From Takakia lepidozioides (taxonomy: Eukaryota; Plantae; Bryophyta): a DNA stretch of 64,000 nt. The stretch lies in assembly GCA_030704615.1 (NCBI GenBank), contig CM060732.1, positions 7,068,001 to 7,132,000 on the forward strand. The letters run 5' to 3'. The position numbers were made by a program, and so were the translations under genes. This document shows, piece by piece, positions 13,301 to 25,832 of the stretch (the first letter of the stretch is position 1; each line of letters begins with the position of its first letter). The notes beneath the pieces are model-generated. The model had not been told where the DNA came from and did not search any database. It saw nothing but the letters and a program-made list of their open reading frames with translations.

Positions 13301-16300
13301 GAATACACAGGCAGAAATAGTAATAAAGCCTTCACCAACCTGATGAGCGGAAGCCTTGGAAATCCATGAGGGCAATAAGCAGGCTAGCTTGTTTAGTGCA
13401 TCATAGGTGGTCTCTTTAGCCTTACCACAATCAATCACATAAACAACATCATCAATGGTGATGCTTGTCTCTGCAATATTGGTGGCCAGCACTATCTTTC
13501 TGCACACAGACAGTTTGAAAACAGTCACTCTCCTCCAAGATAATCAATCTTCAGCCTTTCTGACACAATCAACCTGTGATGGCTTCAACAGAATAGATGG
13601 TCCAATCAATACTGCAAGAAGGCTTCTAACGAAGCCAAGTTCCTTAAACCACCCCCCCTGTAGAGAGCAACACAATGCCATCACCATTTGAAAAACCGAC
13701 CCTTGCCTTGAAAGATGTTATAGCCCCACAAAAACTAGAAATTTTCGACATCAACGATCCTAACTAGATCTAATTTCGTCACAGATGAATCTCCGCCTTT
13801 TAATTTGGCAGATGAACGGTCCACATTAGTCTAGCTTAGAGGACTCCTTTACATATATTGAGCTATGTTTCAGAAGAACATCTCTTCAATCCATTTGCAG
13901 ATTTTGTAAAGTTTACTAAAATGGTTTAACCATTATTTTGAATACTACCTTTCAAATTCTAGAAACGAAATATGGCAGTATTTAGAGAAATGTCTTAGAA
14001 CTTGTTGAACTATTGTTCAAAGACATGCTTCCAAGAGCTTCCAATGATATAAGGCGTAACAGTTTAAGAGTTAGGAGTTGAAATCTGTAAGATTATTTTC
14101 AACTTTTTAAGTTGAAGTATAGTAAAAAAGTTGTCAAGACGTAGCTCTAAAGAATGGTCTGCTCCCTACCTTTCTGATGTGCTCCAAATCACATGCTATA
14201 ACCCAATACTCTAAAAGTTGTAAGCTTTTGCATTTGTGGTTCGCTTGGCAAGCTTATTTTCACTCTAGGAGGGCTGGGGCAGAATAAGGGTCCTGGACAC
14301 CAGGACCCTGAATAGTACAAGTGGTAGCGTACAACGGCAGAATGGCCACATAGACAGCACAAAGCATACTCCCAGGAAGAGAAAAAGTTGAAAGCAAACA
14401 TAGTACGGATGGTGAAATGTAGCAAAACTAGAAGCTTTCCGCATCCAGTGTCTAACTTGGAAGTACGTATCTAGCAAGTACGTGTCATCCAGTGTTCTAT
14501 ATGACTCATTTTGAAGAAGAGATGATTACCGCACACCACGGGGAGGACGCTGAAAAATCTCTCGTTGGTGGATGGTTGGCATGGACCCATGCAAAGGTAA
14601 CACTAGGAACTGACTACCATCTCTAAGAACTGAATTTGTCTTCAGACGGTCCAGCAGTTTTGAGATCTCATCCCAGCCTGTCAAGAAAACCAGGATCGCA
14701 CCTTCTCCTTCACGCACACAGATATGCTCAATAGCTGCCTCCACCTACAAGAAACCTCCAGGACATGGAATTGAAGATTAAGAGTGGAGTGAGTTTCAAG
14801 CTCTCGTAGAGACATAGCGAAGTCATGCTACACTGATGTTTGGGGGAGAAATGTTGTCCTAACTCATGAACTGCGCTTGCTAAGACAGAAGAATGATGCT
14901 GTGAGAAACAACATAAAAATCTGAGTACAATTCAAGTAAAACGGAGAAGAAGCAAAGAGTGAAAAAAGAGGCGAGATGAGAGGGGTACAAACCTACCAAA
15001 CCAAGTTCTATCTCCTCTCTGCTCCAGGCTTGAAGTGACAGCCGGGTAGAATTGCTGTATTTGCGGTACTCTGTCTCCACAGTAACATCCTGCACAATAA
15101 GATTCAGTCCTGGTGAACGCTCCGACTAGTCAGATTGTGACTGCTGTCATGAATTATTCAATCTTGGCTAACAGCTTGGCAGTTATATTCTATGAACAAA
15201 GGCTTGCCCCTTGTGCCTGTCCTCTACTGACTCAAATTGACCTTGCCCCAAGCCCTCTACAACTATTGGACATGGCTACAACCCCAGCAGAGATTATGCC
15301 ATGCAGCCGATCCCACCTCCTTCCTTTTGAGGGGGCTTTTGCTGGAAATTCCAGACCTTTCCAAGCTAGCGATTCATGGATGAGTTAGAGCCTTATATTT
15401 TCATGGATGATTTATGCTCAGGCTGACATATCGATTTTCTTCCTGTCTTTATTACAAGCTGGTGATTTGAGTGCATCTTCACCAAATGACTCCAACTTCA
15501 GCTCTTTGATCACATAAAACATATAGCAGCTGGATGGCAAAAGGGCAGGTGCACCAATTGACCAGACAACTGACCTCAAATGCCTCAGTGATGGGATCAC
15601 TTTTCTCTTCTGTTTTCCGCCTTCTGCCCCCATAGCCCCCACTGGGGTAGCTTGATTGATTGGTGCCCATGTTATAGTGTGTGAGCTCCAGTACATCCTC
15701 CAGAAATAACTCTTTAACTGGGAAGGTAAAGCCCTGCAGTCTCCCGTCCCTTAGTTCTCAGCCTCAGTGTAAGCAAACTCTCACTCAACACTCCCAAACA
15801 AAAATTATTCGAAGGCTTCTACGTCTGTTTCCAATTATTTATGGCTTTGCTCAATCGTGTTTCTAGAGTCAATGAGGAGATCACATTCGATCCTGTCCAA
15901 CATGGATTATATTCACACGACTTCCAACCACCCGCGCACTATTTCCATACAGCCTCCTCTCTTTCTTACCCACAAGGTCATGGCAAGCAGGGTTGCATGA
16001 GTGTTACATCCAGAGAGGAAAACAAAATGAAAACAAGAGATTAATAGAACCAGACAAGGAAGGGAAACTACAAAAACAACAGCCACAGCACCCTACTGAT
16101 CTAAAGCATTGTTTACAAAACTCGAGCCAGCATCATACAAAGCACAAGACCAGATGGGAGGACGGTTCAGCAAGAAAAGGGAGAAACATACAGGAATGTG
16201 CATCATCGGTGCCTTGCCAAAATAGCTGGAGAAGAGTTCAGCATTAATAGTGGCACTCATCAGTACCAGGTGAAGGTCAGGGCGGAGGGGAAGTAAATCA

Positions 16301-19300
16301 CGCAATATGATAAGGAGAAAGTCTTCGTTCATGCCACGTTCATGGATTTCATCAACCATCACATGGCTCACTCCGTTCAGTTCGGGCTCCTGCACCTATA
16401 AAGCTCAACCCCAAAAACGTTTGTAGTCACATCCAGATGTGATATGATGGCAACTACTGCTGGTACAAGTGTCGAAAGACAGACTTACGAGGCGGCGAAG
16501 GAGGACTCCAGTTGTGCAGAACAGTAGACGTGTCTGTGTGGAACGTTTGGCTTCAAGGCGGATTTGGTATCCTACACTCAGACCCAAAGCATCCCCTCGC
16601 TCCGCAGCCACACGAGCTGCCACGGACATTGCAGAGATTCGACGAGGTTGCGTACAAATTATGTTGCAGTCTGCACCCTGCCCAGCCTCAATCTCCTCCT
16701 CCAACAGAAACTGAGGCAGCTGTGTAGTCTTCCCACAACCTGTCTCTCCAGACACCACAACCACCTGTCCCGCACAATCACAAGCATGGTTGCAGTTAGA
16801 GAGGTTTTGGGCAATGTATTTCGAATTTGAGGGAGATAAATTTGGACCGCAGAGCATCCCCACTTAGAACGGAACAGTTTCCAAAACATTGAAAAGATAG
16901 GAGCTCCCTTGGTAAAACTCCTTGAACAGTAATACTGCCCTTGTTGGACACCCTTCGAGAGAATGTGTGGGAAAGCACGCGGGCAGGGACGCACCTGGTT
17001 GTTTTTGACAGCTTGCAATAATTCTCGCTTCATTTTGAATGCTGGCAATTTCTCCCGGAAAGCTTGCATTGACTTCACTGCTGCACTGGCCTGCCAACGA
17101 GAGCTAATAAGGACAGAAACGTGATATACAACTGGCATACATAGAAAAGGTGACTTACCTGAGTACAATTACGTGTCAATCTTTTAGTACCGAAAACAAT
17201 GCAGTGAATAGTATAAGCTTTGCATAGAAGAAGTGCTACTCATGGCATGCTAGCTATCTACACAATTTTAACAAGGATTATTGAAATAGCATAAGTCCAG
17301 AACAGAGTTGAGCTACAGGTTGCAAGGGACATGTCCCAAGACACACAGACAGTACTGACCAACTACAGCATACCAGGGGGAAGTTGAGGTAAAGCCTATA
17401 CACCAAAAAGGCTCCCCACAGTTCCTTTCTTTAAGTTGCTTGATCTACATGCACACTGGTACTGAATCAACAACCTGTAACTGATGCTGGTACTCCCTCA
17501 GCTCCAGGCTCTGTTTCTCCTTCTCAACACTGTACGATGAATTGCACAGCTGTGCAGTTTCTCGGCTCCCCCTTGATGGTAACTGGGTGGGAAACCTCGC
17601 GGTACCCCCCCTTGAGCTCCTGGAGTCTGAAGCCGACAAACTGTTGGTGTCACGAATGGTTGCCAGCATATTCTCCACGCGAGACTCTGTAGCAGCTGAC
17701 ATACTGATCTGTAATAAGCAGAAGAGACCACAAATCAGCACAGAAAGATCTGACATTGAACAATAAGAAAGTGTTGTGTGCAACACACTGACTTCCTTCC
17801 AACCCTGGCACTGCTACTTATCGGTCAGCTATGCTCCCTGTATTTAGACGGTGTTCAGTTTCCCATTCCTTGGCCATGTGGTAGTACAGTTGGTTGACCA
17901 TCTCTTTACATACTCTTTTGTCACTTCGATGCTTGATTCATTCAATAGTGAAGCCTTCAGAACACGTCAGAATCTGTCACAAGCAATGGTCTTTGTAACC
18001 TAGCAATATGATTTGACTCTTGTCCACAATTATCATGAACAGTGAGGGCCCATAGTACATGTTCTTAACAAAGAATAAAGTACTTGGAAAAACTAACACT
18101 AAAACCAAACAAGAGAAGAAAAAGAGTACGACAGAAGATGGAATTAAGCGGAACTGTGATTCTGGGTTAGCGGCACTTAGCAGCACCCTTAACAGAGGTG
18201 ATAAGGGGTGGGGGAGTTGCAGCAATTGATTGAAAGACCTAACCCTTTGTGCATGGATATGGAATATGTATACGTAAACACACTCCAGTGAAAATGTCAT
18301 GTCAATCAACTACGCAATAAACCAGGTATGCTTGTTAAGAGAATCACTATAAAAACTGTCGATCTCCAATAGATCGCTGACCTGTGTAGTAATTGCTCCT
18401 TGTGCGCCTTGTGCATCATGTACATCTTCTACATGAAATAGATGACCTGCATCATGTACATCTTCTACATGAAATAAATGACCTGCTGCAAGGTTTCAGT
18501 CCTCCAACTTGCTCAGAAAATTGGGCAAGTGCAAAGAAGGGGCATACCTGGCGTTGGGAGGAGCCATGGTGTTCATCAAGATCAGCACGGTAGTTGGGAA
18601 GTGGAACTTTGCTCACCACCAGCACTGTGTTCCTTCCTTTATTATATGTGTGGCTTCCTTCCAGACATGTCCCCATCTTGACTTTATTAGCAAAGCACAA
18701 CACAGCTTATGACCTTCCCCAAAAAAGACCAGAAGTCTCCCAAATGACTTACTATGATTCAAGACAGCCCTGATGAACTGTAGTACATTTCAAAGGGATA
18801 CAACGCTCCCATTAGTTCTTCTGAGATAAAGGAAGCAATTCAGCACTTAAACGGATATAAAGCTGGTGGACCTGATGGCATACTCAACGAGCTTATCAAG
18901 CATGGTGGCGACCTTATGATAGAGGCCCTTGTACTTCTCTTTAACCTTATCTGGAGGACTGAAATGATCCCTTTTCGCTGGCGACAGAGGGTCATTGTCA
19001 AACCATACAAGAAAGATGACAAAGAAGAGCCGGGGAACTGTAGACACATCACGCTTCTCAATGCAGTTGGCAAGATATTTTGCAGATTTATAAGTACTCG
19101 TCTCCAGGTTGATCTGGAATCTAGAGGTTGTTTCCACGAAGGCCAAGCTGGCTTTCGGAGAAACAGGGGCTGTGTGGATCATATCTTCACTCCAAGCCAG
19201 ATTATCCAGGGAACGAAAAAAAAAGGGAAACCCACTTTTGTCTTTTTCTTGGATGTCGAAAAGGCTTATGACACAGTGTGGAGAGATGGTCTATGGCTCT

Positions 19301-22277
19301 GACTCTGGTCATCTGGGATCAAGGGAAAGATGTGGAGAGTGGTCTATAGCTTGTATGCTCACACCAAAAGCTGTGTCACTGTCAATGGACAGAAGTCTAA
19401 CTTCTTTGACATAGACCAAGGATGTACCCTCTCCCCTCTGCTCTTCAATGTTTTCATCAATCAACTCCTCGAGGATGTGGAAAGTGAGGGATTTGGGTTA
19501 AGGGTGGGTGATGCCACCATACCAGCCCCTTATGTTTGGGGAAGAGTTCGCAGGCATAGGGGAGACTCCTTCCAATCTCCAGGAGTTGATTGATTGCGCG
19601 AAGAGATACTTTCACCTTTGGGGGCTAGAGGCTAACGTCAGTAATGTGCAGTGGTGGCATTCAACGACCGAAGGGAGGGAGGAGGTGCTCTCAAGTGGCA
19701 GTGGGGAAGCCAAGAGATTCAGGTCCTCCCGTCCTACAAATACCTTGGCGTTGAGTTTTCCTCCAACTGTAATTGCGATACACATAGTAAAAAAGTCGTT
19801 CAATCTGGCAAGCGCAAAGCGCTGGGTCTCACTAAATTTTCACTACAGAGGGATCAACTGTGAAGTAAGAAAAACCATGCTTTGCCGCGTTATTATGCCT
19901 GCCTTGGAGTATGCATCTGCAGTATGGGTTGATAAACTCCAACCAGGCTAAGTCTCTAGAATCCATTCAAGTGGGGGTGCTTAAGGAGTGCATGTCAGCA
20001 TGCTCCAAAACAGCACGTTGCTGTTCGGGGCGAGTTTGGCTCCCTTCCTTAAGCTCCCGAACAGATGAATTCAAGGTCAGATGGTGCGGTCAGCTGCAAC
20101 ATATGTCTAATATCAGATATCCAAAGTTAATCGACTCTATATCTTGGAAGCAGGATAGCCCTGTCAAACAGGCTAAGTCCTGGCAGAAGAGAGTAGAAGA
20201 GATTCTCAAGGATCTGAATGTAAGCCCGCAAGTCTTGACCCTGCTGGGTAAATCTGACTTAGAGGCTGTAGTGTCCAAGCCATGTCTGTTGCCAGGAAAT
20301 TGTCTGATGAAAATGAAGTTAGGCAGAAAACTTCCCTGAACTTGTTTCCAGTCTGTGACATGGGAGAGGCCATCATGGATGACCTCAAGTGTTTACCCAC
20401 CCTCGGCACTAAACTGAAATTTAAACTCAGGGCGGGAAGCCTACCTTTAAACAGCAAACAGATGCAGAGAGGAAAGAGGGATTGCAATTGCCCGTTGTGT
20501 GAGCAACCGGAAGACAATATTCATTGTGAGATTCATTGTCCTGGGTACTCTCATGAGAGAGACGCCCTCTTCAAATCCATCAAGGGAATTGTGCCTGAAC
20601 CTCTGTTTACCAACTTTGAAAGTCTCAAGGCTGAGCCAAAAGCCCAGGCCCTTTTGGGGCCTAGTTATTGGGCAAACCACGCACAGCAGATTAATGCTTG
20701 TGTGAAGGGATTTCTAGAGGATATCTGGAGAACTCAGATTAAGAGTCTGTTCCAAGGTAAGTCATACTACCGGGGTCAGCCCTGACAAAGGTCTGTCCCT
20801 TTGTGTTCCGCTCAACCTGAGCGCGGGGTCAATGGCCACAAGGCTACGGCAAACAACGTCTTATGAGTACATTCTATATGCTAGAACAGTTTGCCACTGG
20901 CAGTAATCGGATTGACAAATTAGTGCAAGAATAAGATGATCTCACACAGTTCTGCCCAATGGCAAAGCTAGACATAGGCTGTAAGGCGGGGAAAGACAGG
21001 TAAAGAGGAAGAAAGAAAGAAAGGGAACATTACTGTGTTCAAGGGTTGGCCGGCGGGTCCATGGGAAGGGGAGAGGAGTACAATCCACTGTGCTTACCAT
21101 AGAATGTTGTCATAAACCTAGAACCAGATTGGATGGGCACAAGGGCAGGAACAAAGATGAAGAAAACATTCAGAAACTGGAATGGGTGCCACAATCGCTC
21201 AAGGTAAAATGTACTCATAAGGCATTGTTGCTGAAGGTAAGAGACCAAATGCAGGTGAATGAGACTCACAAGTAAAGGCCTAGCTGCTGGGCAAAATTCT
21301 CCAGAATTTCTGAACCGCTGCTACCATAGTTTTTCTTGATCACAATCTCCTGTTGTTCATCCCTGCCCTTGAGCTTTTCCAGCTTTCCCCACCACTCCGT
21401 TTGATTTATCTCCTCAATGGGATTCTGCAAATAAATAAAAAATCATCTAACAAGCAAGGTCGTGGAGTATGTTCTACCACACCTAGGCTGCTCAGTTCCT
21501 AATTATGCAGCTGTTGGACCTCTTTGCCATGGGATTGGAAAACCATTCAGAAGCCATGTCAAGACCTCAACTTTTCTCCAAAAAAACCCTCACCCATTCA
21601 AAGGTGGCCTTCTACCAGGTCCATACTCAGGGCCCCAAGAGCCTTATCATTTGCATATTCAAAATAGACCATAAAGACATCCAAGCAGGTGCGAGAAGGT
21701 TCTAGATTCCAACAGACAGGGAGTCCCAAAGCCCTAAAACCTCCATAGAGACCGTTGCGCATTCCACAATGGAGTTCGCAACTACGACTTTTAGGTCACG
21801 CCATTCTCAAAGATAAAACGGGTCAGTGGCATACTAACCAACTGTACCTGTGAGTTCAGTCCTTCCATGCCTTCGGGCTCAGATGAACACAGGCAACGAT
21901 CACACATTGCAATCAAGTACTGTATTCTGTTTTGATGAGATGCATACCTCTCCATTTATCTCTTTTAGCTTCTCCGCCCTCCAGATCGGGTCCCACCATC
22001 TTTGGCCGCCACCACCACCACCACCCCTCCCACCACCTCCCCGACCCCGGCCTCCCCGACCACCCCCTCGCCCTCTTCCTTGTGAATTTGGTCCGCCCCC
22101 AGGCATCTCTGGAGGCCGAGATCTATCTAAACTTCTACTGCTCCAGAAAGCAGATGCCGAGACAACCCTCCCGAAGAACCCAGTGGCACACTCGGAAATT
22201 CTAAACAACCTCCCCGAAACAAACGAAGATACGTCAACTGTTGAACCATGTGGATGCACGCGCAGGAAGGCTACCAT
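10368..22277 (-). CDS. DExH1: DExH-box ATP-dependent RNA helicase, DHX36-like (ortholog-like to Arabidopsis DExH1), about 16 exons
   Basis: N-terminus [15 protein letters not shown]...[13 protein letters not shown] (ATG at 22106; an upstream in-frame ATG at 22277). Motifs [58 protein letters not shown], then HA2 and OB-fold (HPSSVN). Approximate exons: 22277-21948, 21424-21270, 18684-18548, 17709-17476, ~17097-16996, 16766-16489, 16393-16192, ~15734-15575, 15090-14995, 14743-14529, 13500-13340, 13144-12869, 12648-12456, ~12208-12002, ~11232-10841, 10554-10368. Confidence 0.95.
11300..11886 (+). mobile_element. 5'-truncated LINE 3' fragment (second family) in a helicase intron
   Basis: Translates to [18 protein letters not shown]...CLCPAC...[16 protein letters not shown], a typical post-RT zinc-finger region of RTEX/L2-like ORF2. 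Ends in a short (CATTT)n tail at ~11866-11885. Boundaries approximate. Confidence 0.8.
18752..20878 (+). mobile_element. LINE copy C, 5'-truncated, antisense within intron 2 of the helicase gene
   Basis: Homologous to 3899-5790 plus the 3' end of copy A, with the same terminus gtcttatgagtacattctat. Several frameshifts and stops; more diverged than A or B. Confidence 0.93.
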
Positions 22278-22339
22278 AGAACCGTGAAGGTTTCCACCAG
22301 TAGCAACTGGACAGACGAGTCTGTAGCTACTAACCCTAA

Positions 22340-25300
22340 CTTACCCACAGAATTACTAGACCCAGTGGCTGAATTTTTCCTTCGTAAATTTGAGTAGGTA
22401 GTTTTTTATTTTAATTCTGCCTCATGCTTGAGTCGCAACTGGCATTCGTGCTTCCAATGTCCGCAATAGTGGAATCTCATGGTCTCTTTGTTGTTCTCTA
22501 TCCCGTGGTGGATAGTCGTGGCCTCTGATAACGATTATCTATATTGTATCGTCTTGATCCATCCGATCCTCCCCGTCGGACTTGGTGTACCCCCACCTCT
22601 CGTGTGTACCCACTCTTCATGGCCCGTTGATTGTAAATACAATGGCTGGTATTATGGTTGTTCATATGACAAATATCACAGTATTTGTCTTTCATATGAC
22701 ATTCTGTTGTTAGGTGTCTTGCAGTCCCGCACTTGTGATACCATGTTGACTTTCTTGGCCCTTCGTTTTTAAAATTCTTGAGAGCCGCAGCTATCTTTTG
22801 GTCCAAGGTGGTTTTATCAATCACCTCCTTTTTCTTTGGTTTGGGTTTTTCTTTATCATCAGAGTCTTCTTCTTCCAAGGTGTCCTTGGAATCTTTGTTT
22901 CTGCTCTGGTGGAACCCAAGTTCCAACTTCTTTGCAGTTCCTACTGCTTCAGCCAAAGTGTTGTTGGGTAAGATTGTAACCATGGTTACGTACTCAGGAC
23001 GAAGTGCATTGACGAACCATGACTTTTATAAGTCATCCCCTGGTGCTTGGTTTAACTTTTTGACCAAAGTTTTCATCCTCTCCAGATAGTCAACTACCAA
23101 TTTTTATTTATTTTTGTCTTAGATTCTGTAATCCTGAAAAGATTTCAGATATGGATTTGTTGGACCGATACCTCTCTTGAAAGGCCGCTTTCATCTCATC
23201 CTAGGTTACAAAATGATTGGCTGGGAATGTTGCCAACCATTCGATGCTCTTCCTGGCCATTGAACATGGAAACAATCGGATCTTCTCCTGATCCGTAGCT
23301 TCATTGTAAATAGTGCACATGTTCTCAAATTGATTAAGATGGATATCTGGATCAGATTTCCCATCATATAGAGGGAATGGTGGTCAGGTTTTGTTTGCTG
23401 CCAGAGCCATTGGTGCTGCTGGTCAACTGGTGCTACAGGTTGTCCAAACTAAAATGGTCCAGCTGCTGTTGACGATGTTGGTGTTCGGATTGTCAATACT
23501 AGTGGTGTTGTCGGTGTTTGTCTTCCAAAGAAAGATTCGAAACTAGGAGGCCCTTGTCCCAAGGATAACCGTCAGCTAGCTGTTGTCCCAACTGAACTTA
23601 ATGAATCTTTAAAGGCTTTGAGTGCTGTTCTGGTTACTTTTTCTGGAGAAGCGGTTTCACTCCTTTCTCCTTCTTCACTTAACAGATTCTCAAATTTCTC
23701 TTCCAATAATTCAGCAAAACCTCGATTTGGGCTTGTTACTGTGGAAGGTGCTTCAGAACTTTCTTGGGGTAACCATTTGTTGAGTATATTACTTGCAGCT
23801 CCTTTTGGTGTGGTGTTCTTTCTGGAGATCTTATCTCCTGATCTTCTGGATTATCAGTGTCAACTTGTCCTGATGTCTCTCCTAGAGCTTTCTTGGGGTA
23901 ACCATTTGTTGAGTATATTACTTGCAGCTCTTTTTGGTGTGGTGTTCTTTCTGGAGATCTTATCTCCCGATCTTATGGATTATCAGTGTCAACTTGTCCT
24001 GATGTCTCTCCTTGAAGAATATTAAGATTATGTAGCTCTGGGAATTCTACTATTAATCGAGCTTCCTTCTCTGCTGCGTATCTTTCTAATCTTTCAGTCC
24101 TGTCTTGCTTAGCTTTTTCCCTATTTTCCTCATTCATTCCCACGTCGTATATGGATTTCTCTTAATTACCCTCTCCTAAGCCTTGGTATGTCAGTAAAAA
24201 AAATTTTACAGTGGTCTCTACCATTTCTTCAAGATTACAATATCCTGCCAAAATCCGTAGCACGACTTAATTTTCCTTTACTAATTGATCACCAATCTTT
24301 TAATGGGCACAATAATACCATTTGTCCTTCTCAGTGTATCTGACTTGTAACAAGTCTTTGGGTATCCAGTACTCTACTTCTTCTATGATTGTATGACAAT
24401 ATTCATACTTTGAACAACCTTCTTTGAAGAAACTAGTGTAGCATACTTTTCTGATTGGTAATAGAGTAATCAATAAAGTTAAACAAGAAAGCCAAATCTC
24501 ACTTACACTCCTACTTTCCCATTGTGCTCGTGCAATATTGATCACTCCTCCCTTCAATCCCCATTTATCATCTTCTTTCGCAATTGAAATAAAGATCTTT
24601 TGTTGTATTGCTACTGGTAAACCCTAAAACTTTTTCAGGAATGCTTTCCATTCCTTCGCTTCCGCTGACTCGTTCTCTCGTGATTTCAAGGAATCACTGA
24701 GTAGCCATCCTTCTTTGAGTTCACTGGAACTCAACATACCGTTAGTCCTCAGTATGGTCGCCAAATGTTAACCGCTGGTTCGAGACTTAGACGAAATGGA
24801 CTTTTAACATCATAATCCATTTCCCAAAGACACTTGACAGATGAACACTTGAATTCTACTCTACTCTTATCCAACGGTATGTCTGCAGTACGATTACCGA
24901 GTAATCATTAATGGCCGATAGAACACTCGTGTTCCATGAATCAACCTCCCTGTTTACTGTCTAAGTTGCTGGACTAGTCAGTACTCATTAGGATCTTAGG
25001 CGAAGTTGTACTGCTCTAGCTTCGACTAAGTTCAATCTAAACATTCAGTTTTTTATGCAATCGCAGAGAAGATCCATTCAGAGATGATGCACATTCTCTC
25101 CATCTCACAATCACTCTACGCATAAGTACTTGGAAAAACATGACTTTACTTCAGAGTCACCACATCATAGCATATGTACACATTGAATAACCCTGATTCC
25201 ATATTGATACACTGATGATTCCTAAGTTGCGTGCAGTCATTTTATACTATGCTCGAAAAAACCGTTTACAGCCTGCGGTTGTTAATGATCGTTGCATAAC

Positions 25301-25646
25301 TACCTACGCAACCTAAAAGGTTTGCCAAAAAAGTGGCCCGTGGTCGTGGCTCATGATCGTGGTCGTGGCTCGGGGTCGTGTGCCTTAGTGGTACACGGCC
25401 CACGATCCCTTACTACTCCTTCTACTAGTAAACCCTATGCTACCGTAGCCGTGTGATATCGTGGTTCACGGCCCACGGCTGTTACACTACCTACTACTGC
25501 TCCACGTGGTAGTGTGGCCCGTCCTCTGCTGCTGCTAAGTGCCGAGCACTTAGCCATTTCTGCCTCGTGGCTGGGTAGTGTGAAGTAAATCACTACCCGC
25601 CATGTACCTTCGTGGCTTCAGCTGTCCTGCCCTCGTGGCACTAACA
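22340..25646 (-). mobile_element. Truncated Ty3/gypsy (Athila/Tat-like) LTR retrotransposon: 5' LTR, PBS, degenerate gag
   Basis: LTR-like segment 24766-25646 with TGTTA...TAACA ends, followed on the minus strand by the PBS-like TGGCGACCATACTGAGGAC. Gag-like PFPLYDGKSDPDIHLNQFENMC...EKIRLFP...EWLATF at ~23380-23170 and zinc knuckles CGTARHLTTEC / CDICHMNNHNTSHC in ORF 22498-22983. No pol; left boundary approximate. Confidence 0.82.
23759..24012. repeat. 129-bp tandem duplication within the gypsy 5' region
   Basis: ctttcttggggtaaccatttg starts at 23759 and 23888; the two copies are near-identical. Confidence 0.92.
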
Positions 25647-25832
25647 CTGAGCCGTTATCAATTTCCCTCTCTTTCGTGCTGTTCACAAAAAAAAAAAAAA
25701 AAAAACAGAAGGTCGGGGGGAGGGGGGAGGGGGGCGGGGACTCAACAGCAGCAGACCCTGCTACTGCTCAGGTCCCACCCCCCCCCCCCCCCCAAACTTT
25801 CTGGTTTTTTTATTTCCATCAGGATGTGGAGA

